NCBI GenBank assembly: GCA_043228905.1
Contig: JBHGNT010000012.1
Location: 15,190,001-15,254,000, forward strand
Origin: Azolla caroliniana
Lineage: Eukaryota; Plantae; Polypodiophyta
Length of the DNA stretch: 64,000 nt
Reading direction: 5' to 3'
The position numbers and the translations under genes were made by a program. The notes below the pieces were generated by a model. It saw only the letters and a program-made list of their open reading frames with translations, was not told where the DNA came from and searched no databases. This document shows, one piece after another, positions 12,222 to 26,545 of the stretch. Positions within the stretch are counted from its first letter, which is position 1, and every line of letters starts with the position of its first letter.

Positions 12222-12710
12222 CAAGGGTCGGTTGTGGATTCGACGTACAAGGTACTGTCCCACGGGCGTGCCATGTGTTACCGGACGGCAAAGGAGTCCA
12301 GAGTGGGAAACGAAGAGTTATTTAAGTAGTAGGAATGTGGTTGTAATTAAGCTATGAGTGTGGACGGACGGACCGGAATCGGTATGCCGTTCCGGATCCG
12401 GACCGATCCCGAACAGGTGCGGATGGCACCGTTTTGTAATATAGACCGGAAACCTATTTAAAGGCCCGGATACAATGTAATGAATAGCGGTTAATTAATA
12501 AAAGCTTAGCGTTGTTATCTCTCTGTGTTAATTGTCGTTCTGTCTTAATTGTTATATCTTACGCGTGTGATTATGAAAGACGATCATGCTAAGTAACTTA
12601 ATTAAGTCGGATTAAGCGTTGAGTCTAATCCGGTTGCCGTAACACCCTTTGGTGAAGTGTCTTCCGTAGACACCCTGTGTTAGGCCATTGTCCGGCCCTA
12701 AGAGTTAACA

Positions 12711-14476
12711 GTTGAAGCAGGCCCCCCTGCAATAGTACCGAAAGTTCGATTCCTTCATGGCCGATCAAGGGTACCACAAGACGCAAGCCGATCACTGCGT
12801 GTTTGTGAAGAAGTTCGAAGGAGGCGACTTCCTGATACTCCTTCTGTATGTGGACGACATGTTGATCATCGGACGGGACCAAGTCAAAATACGAATGCTG
12901 AAGAAGGCCCTCAACCAGACCTTCTCAATGAAAGACTTGGGTCCAGCAAGACAAATGTTGGGGATGCATATTATCCGGAACCGGTCCGCGAAGCAATTAT
13001 GGCTGTCACAGGAGAAGTACGTGACAAAGGTGCTTCACCGGTTCAACACGTCAAATGCGAAACCAGTCGGATTGACACTTCCGGCAAACTGCAGGTTATC
13101 CGGTAAGCAAAGCCCGAAGACGAAAGCAGAGAAGGCGAATATGATGAAGATTCCATATGCCTCTGTCGTCGGGAGCTTGATGTACGCAATGGTGTGTACC
13201 CGACCGGATATAGGATACGCAGTCGGAGTGGTGAGCTGGTTTATGAGCAATCCCGGCAAGTAGCACTGGAACGTGGTCAAATGGATACTCCGGTATTTGA
13301 AGGGCACTTCAAATATGTGTCTCCAATTCGGCTCAGAAAAACCTCAACTTGACAGTTTCACCAATTCGGACATGTCGACTGATGTGGATACCAGCCGGTC
13401 TACATCCGGGTATGTAATGACATATGCAGGGGGAGCTGTCTCGTGGCAATCGAGGCTACAGAAGACGGTTGCGTTGTCAACCACGGAGGCGGAGTACATG
13501 GAGGTTGTGGAAGCCGGCAAGGAAATATTATGGATGAAGGACTTCATTGGAGAGCTCGGTATCCGGCAAGATGAATACTAGCTCTATTGCGACAGTCAAA
13601 GTGCCATCCACCTTGCTAAGAATGCGGCCTACCAATCCAGGACAAAGCATATCCAGCGAAGGTATCACTGGATCCGGGAAAGAGTAGATGGCCAGGAGTT
13701 CGCATTGACGAAGATCCACACGGCCGAGAACGGGTCAGATATGCTGACCAAAGTGATGATACCCGACAAGCTAGATGCATGCCGGAAGCAGATCGGACTT
13801 GTAAGTCACCCCATGTCGAAGTGAAGGGGGAGTTTGTTGGGAGACAAGTCCCTCCGAATGGGGAGTACCCGGCTACGGAGAGCCGAATGGTGCAGACCCG
13901 ATGAGAACCGGATGAGGAGTACCCGGCTACGGAGAGTCGGATGGTGCAGACCCGGTGAGAACCGGATGAGGAGTACCCGGCTACGGAGAGCCAGATGGTG
14001 CATACCTGGTGAGGAATGCTCACCGGATGAAGAGACATATTCGTAAATATGTTTCTGAGAGTCCATCGAGGCTATATCTGTAGATAGCCGAAAAGTCATA
14101 TTAGTATAAATATGACTTAGGGCAAACTTTTTTGTGTAGTTGTTATTCTTGTCTACGCGAGATCAGAGTGCGTAACAGTGTACAGAGAGTGAGAGAGAGA
14201 GGAAGAGGTCGTTGCCTCTTATTGTAACCGCCGCCTGTGGCAAAGATCGTGAGCACGAGGTCGTTGCCTCCATGAACTCACTATTGTACATTCTAATATA
14301 GTGATAGTTTGCAGCTTGTGGGCTGCCGTGGTTTTTTCCCTCTTTGGGTTTTCCACGTAAACATCCTGTGTACTCTTCTCTTCTTTGTGTCGTGTTTTAT
14401 TTCCCGTTTTCTGTGTATAATCCTAAGCTCGGTTGTGGCCGAGCATTGCGTATACGGAGCGTTTTAGTGCCCGTCA
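12711..14476 (+). mobile_element. 3' part of a Ty1/copia element (RT C-terminus, RNase H, PPT, 3' LTR 13835-14476)
   Basis: LKQAP, LLYVDDML, STTEAEY, TKHI; PPT GAAGGGGGAG; LTR TGTTGGGAGAC...CCGTCA with three 54-bp U3 repeats. Confidence 0.9.
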
Positions 14477-15999
14477 TATACATCTTATACGAACAAACTA
14501 TAACCAATACAACATGATAATTGAAGGATTTATATTTTATTTTAACATATCAACTTAGACATGTTTAAGAATGGGAGAACAAAGAATAGAATAAAACATT
14601 TATTATTCATTAAAAAGGAAGGAGGTGAAGTTCCTTTGTTGATGACTTTCTAGATCAAGCTCGAACAAACATCGATCGATTACCATCCAAAGCAAAATCA
14701 ACATCAACAACAGAAACATTATAAAGAGATAGGAATTAAATGATAGATAATAAAGAGGAAGAGAGAGAAAGAAGGGTATCTAAGGGATCGAGACGAACCC
14801 GAGCCTTGATCGGTGTCCCATACCACCACCATGGCATCGATTCGTACCTGGCACTAGCACGCACTCGCCACAAGAGTTTTTTCACCAGACCTAAGGCCCC
14901 CAAGCAGGTTCACACTTGGCCCTTATGCGTTGTATCATTCCTAGGATTAAAAGTAATCCTCACTTCTTTACTTCTCTCAATTAACCCTGACACTTTTATC
15001 CTCATGCACATAGAATTCTACGGTACAAACTACCACAAGATAAATTATGATCATGTCTGTAACACCAACCACTAAATAACCTTACCAACATAACTACATC
15101 AATTTGGGATCTCTCTCACTCTCCAAGTTTATTTCAGCTATAATTTGTCATATGAGGTTTGATTTTTATTAGCTATGGCTTGAATCGAAGCTGACAACAA
15201 GTTTTATGATATGATCTAGGGAGATCAATTTTGTAATCAATTAAAAGCATATATTGACATATTCGCATTCGTGGGGGTTACCAAACGAATGTATACGAAT
15301 ACGCATACAAATGCATGAAAAAATATTCGTTACATAAAAAGAAAAAGAAAAAGAGTTTATAAAGTCCCTACTTTTTAGTTTCTTAAATATATCATATAAA
15401 TTATAACAAAGATGACATTGACAATAAAAAGGGGATATTTTACTTCACATTAAAAAGGAGACTTAAACTAATAATATTTTTATAATAGATGTAAAACTTA
15501 AAGTGCATTTGTTTTATTTTTAAAATAAAATAATAAATAAATAAAAGGTTCATTAATACCCCACTTTTTACTCTCCCACAAAATTTAATATTTTTTTTGT
15601 CATTAAAAAAGGGACCTCACACTAATAATATTTTTATAATAGATATAAAACTTAAAAGCATTTGTTTTATTTTTTAATAAAACAATAAATGGTCATATAA
15701 TGGCAAATACTCACATTGGAACCACAAAGTCCAAGATTATGATCAATAATGAGGCAAGATCGCCAAAGAATCTTGATATTAATGCAACAACTTCAACCAC
15801 AATGACTACAATGTTTATGAGGCATTTAATTTCTCTTTAAGAAACCATAACCTAACAAGGTGAACATGATGTCATTATGTGACTCTTTATAACAAGTTGG
15901 ATTGTGATGCCTAGATTGTGTCGCACTACGACTGTACAAAGCACCACACTTAGAGACGTGCTTTTCTATCACTAACTAGATATTATGCAGTAGTGACTG

Positions 16000-17560
16000 T
16001 GATTTGTTTTTCATTTCATTCTTCGATGACTTCGGCACCTTGGGGCATTGGTTAACATGGGTTCGCCATATTCGGCCAAGAGCTCGATGTTGAGCTTCTT
16101 GAGCGCATTATGCCATGGTTGGGGGTTTAGCTTTAATACTTCTTCAAGAGTATGCTCTATCCCTTTATATACTATGTAGTTAAAATTGTGGTTCTACATC
16201 TCCAAGTTCTCAATTTCTCTATACACTTCCCAAAGAGATTTTGAATTTGAGTGTGAGGATTTGTTGTCATAGTACAACATTCACATCTTTAGGGGGCATT
16301 TTGGCATATGATAGGGCCTCAATGGTTGGGGAGTTGTTCTTCAATATTTACTTTTTTGGCTATCTTAGGGAATGCCCATTGCTCAAGTTGGCTAAAATAG
16401 AGGATTGTTGTATTGATTTCTTTTTGCTTCTCATTGTGTCAAAGTAGAGAAATGTACTCTAGAAAGCGTTTATTTTCCTCAATTGGGTTTTGGGTAAGTT
16501 CCAAAGTGGGGAGGTAAGCCCTCAATTTGTGATTCAAGTGAAGTATGATGGTTTGTTAAACAGACATGATCATTTATGTTTCATACTCAAAATCTCCACC
16601 AAGAAGGTATTCATCATCACAAATATGAAGTGAAATTAACCATAATTGCCAAAGTGAAAAAGATCATAGTCAATATCAAAATATGGCAAAAACGGACTGG
16701 CTTGAAGGCACTTGCAATATACTTGAGAAAGTGGGGCATCACTCCACTCCACTTAGATGCAAAAACCCAATTGAATGGAGATATTCTTACTACAATTGGA
16801 GAGATCCACACCACATTGATTACCTTCCAAACCATTCTAGATACTAGGCAAGAAGCAAATTGATACCTACTATTCTTCCATTGGACAGCCCAAGACAAAC
16901 ATGTTCCATTAGAAATCCTTCTTTGGCTTAAGGCGTCTCCGATAGGCAAGGCCCCAACCATAATCATCCAAGTGAATACCTTAGCTGTCATGGTTAACCA
17001 AGATTGCCAACCAACCTCAATTACACCATGCTCATGCTACCAAGACATAGGCTTTTGAAATACCCACTCTTTTATAACTCTTTCCTCCATCGTACTCTCT
17101 TTATGCACACACATAGATGCATCCACATTTTTGCTTAGATGACCTCAAGGCAGTGTTTAGTGAGTTAGGCTGGGTCCTCAAGAATAATTTAATATTCTTG
17201 TGAAATTGTTGTATTATGCTTCTTTGTGCACCAACATCAAGCACTTTATGGTTAGTGCATTCTGTGTGCTCATTTTGACATGAATTTACTTCACTTTCTA
17301 ACATGCATGCATTACAAGGTACGATTAGGGACAACCGTAAATCCTTCGTCGAAGAAGACACCCATCTGAAGGTTGCGTATCCTCGCATAAAAGAAAAAGG
17401 GTGTGTGTTTCCACCATGGGGCCAATAACACAAACAAGTTTCAGCAAGGATATGTAACAAAACATCTCCATACCATCAAAGGTTGTGTGCCTCTGCCTCC
17501 CAAGCATCGAACCATGAGACAAAAAGAAATAAACCAATTCTAGAACCCTAAGTGTCAAGG
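16000..17560 (-). mobile_element. Highly degenerate L1-type LINE ORF2 3' remnant (boundaries approximate)
   Basis: zf-RVT-like text in the 16617-16991 ORF (GALPIGD..GTC..CLVSRMVW), similar to the 25851-26249 remnant. Confidence 0.45.
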
Positions 17561-18372
17561 TGATGTACACCTCTTAGAATGCCCTTGTTGAGAGTATCAA
17601 CAATTTCCCCCCTTTAGAACACCATGAGAGCAAGGTGACTGAGTATCAACCATCTCCGCTTCAGAATAAACACTTGTCTCATCAAATGACTCCAATGCAA
17701 AGTGAATATTTAGTGATAAAAAATTTGCATTCACATGCCATAATTATCAAGAAAGATTTTTTTTGTGTGGTCATCAAAAGCCATAATACAAGATATCACA
17801 TTATGCTATCCACAAATGCATATGAACGATTTCTTTTCATTTACAAAAAACGGCCAAAATAACAAATGATATCCTGCATTGACCAATTGTATCAACCGGA
17901 ATCCACAAACCACCATACTTCATCATATATCGAACTTTCATCATTGATGATTTGTTGATAATACAGCCCCCAGATATATATCCATAGACATGCAAAGCGT
18001 ACACAAACATTAAGTTTGAGCAAATAACGCAAAACATGAATTTTATGCAATCCGTTAACGATAAACTGAGTTATCCATACTTCCAAAAAAGCCATGGATG
18101 AGGAACAATATGTCCACTCCTAGATGAATAACTCATCCATGCAAAGAAAAGGGTCAAGAACCAAAATAAAACATTTCGATCTTAGCTCGTCCAACTCAAT
18201 TGGAGGGCCATATAGAAAGATTTTTAAGCTTGAAAGGAAGACCTTCAAGTAGAAAAGAAAATGATGCTATACTAATAAACTCAAATAAGAATAAAGTAGG
18301 TGTCATGAAGATAATACCCATTACATATGCACTGTCAAATCCTAAATCACTGCAACAACAAAACCATGATGG

Positions 18373-21084
18373 TTAACATCGCAGAACCTACACACAAAAT
18401 ATATGCACGTGTATGTGTATATATGTGTATATATATCTATCTATTTATCTATGTATGTATGTATGCATGCATGCATGCATGTATGGGTGTGTGCATATGC
18501 ACATGCATGTATATGTATGTATATGTACATATAATCGTGTATATGTGAATAGATATGTGTAAGTGTATGTGTGTGTATGTATGTATGTATGTATGTATGT
18601 ATGTATGTATGTATGTATGTATGTATGTATGTATGTATGTATGTATGTATGTATGTATGTATGTATACTTATGTGTGTGTGGGTGTGGGTGTGTGTGTAT
18701 ACGTTTAAGTATATATGTATACAATCATATTATATATAACCATATTCATATATCTATATGCAAACACTTCCCATGTAGGTAGATACAAGAACATACCTCA
18801 GCATCTACTTTAGCAGCGTCCTCCACCTTTATCTGCTCATCACCTATATATAGGATCAATGAAAATAAGTTCATGTCATACTATTACTCAATTGACTCTA
18901 TATAGGTTTCTCCAGACAAAGTGACATACCTCCATCTTCCGGGAGATCCGAAGTCCACAGAGTTAGGTTGTCTCTGAGCAACTGCATGATCAATGTGCTA
19001 TCCTTATACGAATCCTCATTTAAGGTGTCCAACTCTGCTATCGCCTCATCAAAGGCCTGCTTCGCGAGGTGACAAGCTCTGAATAAAAAACAAGGCACAA
19101 ATTATATGTTGAAAATCACAATATAAAAACATCGCTTCCATAGTTTCTTCATAATCAGTAATAATAAAAAAGTGAACATACATTATCGATTCATGACATA
19201 TGGTATTCATATACCTTACACTTATCAATTTTTGCTTCAAATTTTGACTTGCACATCATTTGTCACAACCCTAGGGTTGAAACCAATAGTGTTTTATAAG
19301 CATAATAAATAGAGGGCACTAGTAAAATAAAGGAAAACACGACCAGAAACAAGTATTTCTAGCTTTTAGCCATGTACAAGAACATATGAAGTTTTCAAAT
19401 ATACCTAGGATACTCTATCTACAGAACAAAACGACAAAATGAAGTAAGGCCTGAAGAAAATAAGTTACGGGAAAGAGTTTTGATATTTGGATGTTATAAC
19501 ATCGCAACATGTTTAAGCAGTTTGCAAATAGAAACTAATTAGGAAAAGGTTCACTAAATTGAAAAGACGACACTTGCCTTTCGGGAGAGTTCATGATTTC
19601 ATAGTAGAACACCGAGAAGTTCAAAGCGAGACCTAACCGAATAGGGTGAGTCGGGGCAAGGTCTGTGCCAGCAGTACTGGATGCAGCCTGTAAAGAGCAC
19701 ACCATAGACGCGCGAAATATGCACAGAAAATAATGAAAATGTAAATATGAAATCATATCAATGTTCTTCAAGACTACGTAGATGGTGCCATATGCATACA
19801 CACACATAACTATCAAATTACATGTTTATGATATAATCCATATGTGAACATGCCTGGTATGACTTAAGGGATTGATCTGCAGCCTCCTTCCTTTCATTCC
19901 CGACTTTGAACTCCGCCAAATATCGATAGTAATCACCTTTCCTGAATTCACCCACAAAACCGCTGAAATCAATCCAATTTCATTTATATACAAATTTTGA
20001 ATTTCCAGTGAATCTACCATGAAAAAATGTAAGGTGATGCTAATATAGATAGAAACCTGAAATTGAGAGAGAGATTAAGAGAGAGAGAGACTAACATCTT
20101 GTAATAAAATACCGTTGATTCTCCGGTGGTGCAGGAGGGTATCAAGTGCTCATCAATGATCATCAAAATGTCACTACAAATCTTCGATAACTCTTCCTCC
20201 ACTTTCCTTCGGTATTCTTTGATACGTTTCACATTGATCTCATTACCTTTCGCCTCCTCTTTTTGCTCAATGGAAGACAAAATACGCCACGATGCACGGC
20301 GAGCACCAATCACATTCTTGTAACCAACAGAAAGAAGGTTCCTCTCTTCCACAGTAAGTTCCAGATCCAACTTCGCAACTTTCTTCATAGATTCCACCAT
20401 CTCTAAGGGGGATATTAACACAAGAAAGATCATAGGAAACAAGCATGAGCTAGAATTGCAATTGATGATGATGATGACAACAACGAAGAGATGATGACAA
20501 GCTTCTATACATAGACAGTATGACCTTTTAATTTGAATCATTTTTACACTTTTTTTTGGGCAGGCATGCTTATCTCCATTATACATGATGATAACCTTCT
20601 ATACATGACTACACATTGACAGTATGACATTTGAACTTAAAATCATTTTTACACTTTTTTGGCAGGCATGCTTATCTCAATTATACATGGTTCATTTTAT
20701 TTTACACTAATTGACATGTTCTATCTGATATATGTACATTACAATACACAAATTAGTATGCCTAAAAATACATAGCAGATCTGTAGATAGCTTTAATTTG
20801 ATGGAAAAGAGTCTTCTTTCTCGTTAAGTAAAGCAATGTGAGAAATTAAGATAAGAAGTTCTACGAAGATCTAAGCTTACTGAATTCTACGGCCATTATT
20901 GGCATGAAAAATGAATGAAATAAATCCAAGCCATTAAATCAAATCAAAGGAAATTCAATCGCCCAATAGCGTATAAAAGAAAGATGGATCAGAAAAAAAG
21001 GGAAGACTCACCATCATATCTCTCAGCTTGTTCAGCAAGCTTTGCTAAGTAGACATGGCTCTCTCTCTCCTTTTCGGTACTCAT
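18373..21084 (-). CDS. GRF: 14-3-3 protein (epsilon-group exon structure), about 262 aa. Exons 21012-21084, 20096-20402, 19854-19941, 19578-19687, 18930-19078, 18797-18843, probable last exon 18373-18387
   Basis: [82 protein letters not shown]; splice phases join in frame; last exon (VLRC*) is uncertain. Confidence 0.95.
18404..18720. repeat. (TATG)n/(TG)n microsatellite in the last 14-3-3 intron
   Basis: Long perfect TATG run about 18575-18666 with degenerate flanks. Confidence 0.95.
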
Positions 21085-21525
21085 GATGAAGAAATACAAC
21101 AGAGAATGGGCAAAGAGAGAAGCCCAAGACAGAGAAGAAAACCAAGGATTAAAACGAAGGAAGAAGAAGAACAGTGTAAGAATAAAGGGAGCAGGTGAAA
21201 CAAAAAAACAAAAACAGAGAGAAGAAGAAGAAAAAGATGGACTAGGAAGCAGAGCCTTTTCTTCTCTTTTGGTATTAGAAAAGAGAAGAAGGGGGTGGGG
21301 AGGTGCAGGTTTCACACTTGTCCGGACAAACTTGGGCCTGCCTTTTTATTATGTGAAACAAGATTCCATTGATTGGAATATATGTATATGTATATGAATA
21401 TGTATGTATTGCTTAAGTTTTCCATTCACAAAAAGTCTACATTATTGTGGATGTGTGGGGTGGGTGGGTGTCTGTGCGCGTGCATGGCTCGGACGGAGGG
21501 GTGGGTTCGCATGAGATAAAGACTT

Positions 21526-21746
21526 GAGTTTACACAGAAACGAGTTTACGGTCACAAATGATAAATATAACTGCGATTGCCAGATCACATGAGACAGACA
21601 GAAAAGGAGAGTTTACACAGAAACAAATTTACGATCACAAATGATAAATATAACTGCAATTGCCAGATCACATGAGACAGACAGAAAAGGAGAGTTTACA
21701 CAGAAGCAAGTTTACGATCACGAATGATAAACATAATTGCGATTGC
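21526..21746. repeat. 83-bp tandem repeat (about 2.7 copies) upstream of 14-3-3
   Basis: GAGTTTACACAGAA recurs at 21526, 21609 and 21692. Confidence 0.9.
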
Positions 21747-24700
21747 GTGTGTACTCACTTACTTATGCGTGTGTTGTGTGTGTCGCTCTTTGCGAATTTA
21801 CTGAGCTTTGAGAATGTCAATAGCTCTCGACAGTATGATTAATCGTGTTGAGAATTCCTACTACGTTGGGATCACAAGGGGATTTTTTCTCCTATGATGG
21901 CATGAACTAAATGTGTAGTATTGGATTAAAGCCTAAATTAGGTCGGACACAAGCAAAACCTCCCCAAAATGTGTTGATTCCATCCCTAGAATGTAGAGAT
22001 AATGGATGGATATGTGAGGGGAAATGTATATATTGTCTTTTAGATTATCCAAATCTGAGCAATAACGATGTCCTTTGATTTCATTTATAATTTTGTGATT
22101 GTGCTATAGTTTGTGAGCATCAAAACAACATGGGCAGCTCTGACATGCCCATCTGCTCACCTTTTTCACTATAAACTCAAGCTTTAGATGCACAACCTTG
22201 TATGACTATGTCTGTTGCCACTTTTGATTGTGTGACATTGATTGTTTCTCAAAACTACAACATCAATGTGCTTGTTGTCAATGTTCTTGACTTAGCATAA
22301 GAAAAATGGAGAGTTGTAAATTACGTGAAGGTTTGGGATATATTGTTAATAACTCCCATGGTCATGGTTTAGTTTCTCAAGCATCTTAACTTGGGGCGAA
22401 TAAATGAAAGATTGATGACAACATATGGTCTTTATAGATGACTTCTAAAATTAGGCTTCACAAAACAATAACCCTTCTCTGGAGAATGGTAGTGCTAATA
22501 ACTTAGGAAGGTCGACATCTATTCTTCAAACCTTTGAAGTACAATAGTAAATTGAAAAAGACACATAACATCATATGAAGGGAAGTGCCATAGCAATGTC
22601 CAAACTCTCGAAGATGTATCTACATACATACAACTATGTATATATATATATATATATTATAGGTCTCTAATTCGTAGCTCTCTAGATCGACACCGGAGAA
22701 TCCAACTATGTACTATAATAAAAATTAATGCATATTTTTGTAAGTTTTGAACTATTCCCTCACTTTACTTCCTAACATTAAAATTTGCTTCCCTTTCTTA
22801 TTGTCTTGCATACAATCTAATATCCATGCATGTGAGTTTAGGAGAAACCCCCACAAATTTACATATAAGTCTCTCTCCAAAAACATAATAATAATGGCAC
22901 ATTGTAAATAATGAGCAATGGGGTACTTCATTTTATTTGTTTTTACAACTCTTTCTCAAATCCTATATCATCATGATGAATGGTCAATAGAAGAATGCAA
23001 ATATATTCTTGTTCGTATAGGATTTGTTCATGCTTTCTTCCATTAACAACTATACTCGTATAAGAACTACCATTCTACTAACAAACTGAAAAGTTTACTA
23101 TCAAGAACTTGGGTATGCTCGTCACAATTATGATATAAATGAATCAAACACTATTGAACCAAAACAATATAGAATAGCAAATAGTTTTTTATAGTTATTG
23201 AACTTTTATGGTGTTTGGAAAGGAGTTGTTACTTAAAATATGCCCAAATGCTTGTCATCATTACACCCAAATATTAATGCTCGTGGCATGTGTCTCATGT
23301 TGAAATTATTACTTGATGTTTGATGATGAGGTGCATGGTGGAATGTACTAAGTGGCAAGGTGCAAGTGTTTTCAATGATATGGGTTTAGTTATGGTTCTT
23401 TCCAACTTTGAAAACCATACAATAGTTTTTAGTACAAAGAATAGTTAGATAAGGCTAGGATGTACACGCACAGTGAGCTACGATTGTTACATGGTTTTGA
23501 TTTCTCAAGGATAGACTTAGTCTATTGGGCACTAGTATAGGTCAAATATAACTAAGGCAAAAAATAATAAACAAAGAAAATATATTGACGCCTATTATAG
23601 GTTGAAATTAGCCTACGAGACAAATCATTATTACAAATATGAATGAATTCAAGTTATTTGTACGGAAACAAAAGCAATAGCTTTTTGTTTCCCTAAAGAT
23701 CCATAATATTGATCTTAATGCATGCAACAAAATGATGGTTGAAATCTTTTACAAGCATGAAGTGCATATCTAATATGTGTGGGATGAGCAATGTTGACAT
23801 TACATGGTATCTAACGTTGGTTGGTGTGGTGAAGCAAAGTTATGATGATGTTTGTTGAGGGCATCATGGTGTCTTCATGCGGATTGGATATGATGTCCAC
23901 AATTTGGCATTGGTATGGCCCATTACCTTGTACCCCAATCTTCATTCACTCTATTGTCAAAGGAATTCCTCTACTTTCTCAATGGTGCATCCTTCTATAT
24001 GTTATCAGTGGAGGCATGGGCATATGGTTGTTTCACTCTTGTGGTGCCTTAAGGTATGATTCCCTATGCTTTTGATGCTCGAGAAAACTTTAGCTAAAGG
24101 AGCTTGGGTTAGGTTATTGTGGCAACCAAGCATATCATCTGATTGAGAGAGCATGTAGATATTGTGGTTGGATTTGCATAATCTATTTTGTGGTTCTTTA
24201 CATTAAGGGGGGAAAAGCACATCTTAGGTTTTTCAAATATAAAAAAGTGTTTTCTTTTTTAGTTAAAAAGCACACTTCATTCTCACATAAATGTAATGCA
24301 TGGAATAGTGTTTCTACTAATTTAAGTCAAATAGACCAACACTAGTATTGGATATTAATTTATATCCTTGTTACCTAATTTGCTAAATCATCTATGTTGT
24401 GGCTTTGTCTTATTCTCTTGTCTCACCTAGGTTCCTCTCACCTCGTGATTTACCAAACTAAGATATTTTCAACTCCTTTGGTTCCCTTGCCCAAATTTGC
24501 TTGTTGATTTGTCCGTCCACTCATAAAGGGTTGTATATCACCCCTTATAACCTCACCCCTAAAGATATACATTAGGATATCACCTTGCTCTTTTTTCTTA
24601 CATCAGTGACATGACTTTCTCCATCATCTTTTGAATGGGGGTGAAATTGGCAAAAAGGGTTGTATACAACTCTCTTATATGCTCGTAAACTAGACACATG

Positions 24701-25849
24701 TGCAAAGTACTTGAAGTACTCATCATACTTCAATCCCTAACTAGTGGTAGGAAACTTTAAGCTTGCCTATTGCTTGACTAGCAATATGGAGCATGTGCAC
24801 GTCCATGTGGCCTTGATCTCAATATGAATCCATCATGCTAGAAGCTCACAAGTTTATCTTTATGGTTGGACATGTTTGTTGGAAGAGCCTACTATGTTGT
24901 GATCTATGTCTTTTGAGTATAGATTTGTCAATAGGTCTTGTTTTCATACCTTGTTCATTTCATGATTTTGGTTGATGTGTAAGGTAGGTAGATAGATGTG
25001 TGCATGCATGCACACACAATAGATAGATATATAAATAAATAGACGAGCTTTGTTATTGTCATTGATGATCAAATATGACCCCATGGAACCAAAATGAGCA
25101 TACAAAAAATGGCACCAATGGGTGTAAACAAGTGCATTGAGGGGGATAGGCAAAATAAAGGAATAAAAAGTGGAAGCTACAAACTCAAGGCCTTGTGGTT
25201 TTGGGAATCTAGAACTTGTGGATATTTGCTCAACTACCTTGATAGGCCACGCACTTACCATATGTGTATTTTGCTCATCGTCTTGAGTTTAATTCTTTTT
25301 GTTTGAATTTGATGGTGTGAGCTCTTCCTTGATCCAAATAACAATGTAGTAATAATATTATATGATATTTATTAGTATCTACAAGGGCCTAATAGACACA
25401 TCGAACTCATTTCAAAAAACTGCAAGGACCATGAAGCCTATGACTAAGTTACCTATAATGCTCATTTACTCTTGCAACAAATCATCCAACTAGTTTTAGT
25501 GACTCTTGTTGAGATAATAATCTTGAGCACACACTCATTGGGACATGTGTGTGTCAATACCCACCATTTATCGTGCATGAGAGATGCCTTTGTATTGAAT
25601 GAAGTGGATAAATTAGATGTCACACACAAAGTTTCATCATTACTGGATTACCCTTAACTAAAGTGTTAATTTTCACCTTGATTACAGTCTATTTACCTTT
25701 AGTATTATTTGCAGCTTCATTGTAATCTTCCCCCATCTTGGTTATTATAATATATGTTATTTTGTGTATAACTCTCTCTCTCTCTCCATAAATGTATGTT
25801 TGTTATTTAAACAAGATGATAATACAACCGTTGCTATCTCCACTACTTC

Positions 25850-26545
25850 ATTAGTAGCAATATGACAAGGCAAGCCCTCTCACGTGTTGTAATACTAGAT
25901 GACGTAATTCTACCTCATCTTGGGACAACGTCCCCATACAACATAGTTGTGAAACTTGCCAAATCAACTTCACTTTCATCCTACGGAGTTGTTGTGTTAC
26001 CCCAAGAAGTCCATCAAACAAGAAACTATTTCTCATGGTCCAATTAAACCACATCCCCCAATAACTAAGGTAGTCAAAGATGATCCGATATGCTGGCATG
26101 GGTATAGCTTTATCATCATAAATAAAACCCCACTTAAAAGGTGACAAAATACTTCTTATTATTGATGCCCAAATTTGCGATATAACCACCCAAATGGCTT
26201 TAGCAATTGCGCATTTAATGAGCCTATTTCTAGCATCTTCGTCAACCACTGTACAAAAGGAACATGTCCCATTCGAAATATTGCTTCATTTTAAAGCCAT
26301 TGCCAAAGGCAATCCACCGACCATCACACGCCAAAGAAACACCTTTGCACGGAATGGAAGGGGAGATTCATCCTACATCTTAAACTCGACTTCACCACTT
26401 TACACGTCGAGTAATGTACCATATATCCAAAAACTTATTTGCTAACCAAGCTCTATATTCAACCATCTTAGTTATAGTTACATCATTAGTGTGCACCATA
26501 AATATCAATTTTGTAATACCAAATGAATAAACTTTCCATGGTTCC
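25850..26545 (-). mobile_element. L1-type LINE ORF2 C-terminal remnant
   Basis: CAIAKAIW...WFNWTMRNSFLF matches the zf-RVT / WxxRN pattern. Confidence 0.6.

Larger units (their letters stand above)
5237..12710 (+). mobile_element. Degenerate non-chromovirus Ty3/gypsy (Athila/Tat-like) with an extra 3' ORF; 5' part displaced by T1
   Basis: gag with CCHC knuckles, PR (VIDGGSGVN), RT (FLDGFSGYNQI, FLDD), RH start (DASDIAIG), IN C-terminus (GKLRFRWTGPY); probable 3' LTR about 12233-12710 ending ..TTAACA, abutting copia RT. Confidence 0.85.

Noticed and set aside
15447-15690. About 90-bp AT-rich direct duplication (a similar one lies in 14-3-3 intron 1 at 20513-20688)
   Set aside because: No termini or TSD found; looks like ordinary local duplication
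18327-18782. ORFs rich in MYVC/YIHT
   Set aside because: Translations of a (TATG)n microsatellite inside an intron
21850-25800. Short ORFs in the AT-rich region upstream of 14-3-3
   Set aside because: No recognisable domains or consistent exon structure
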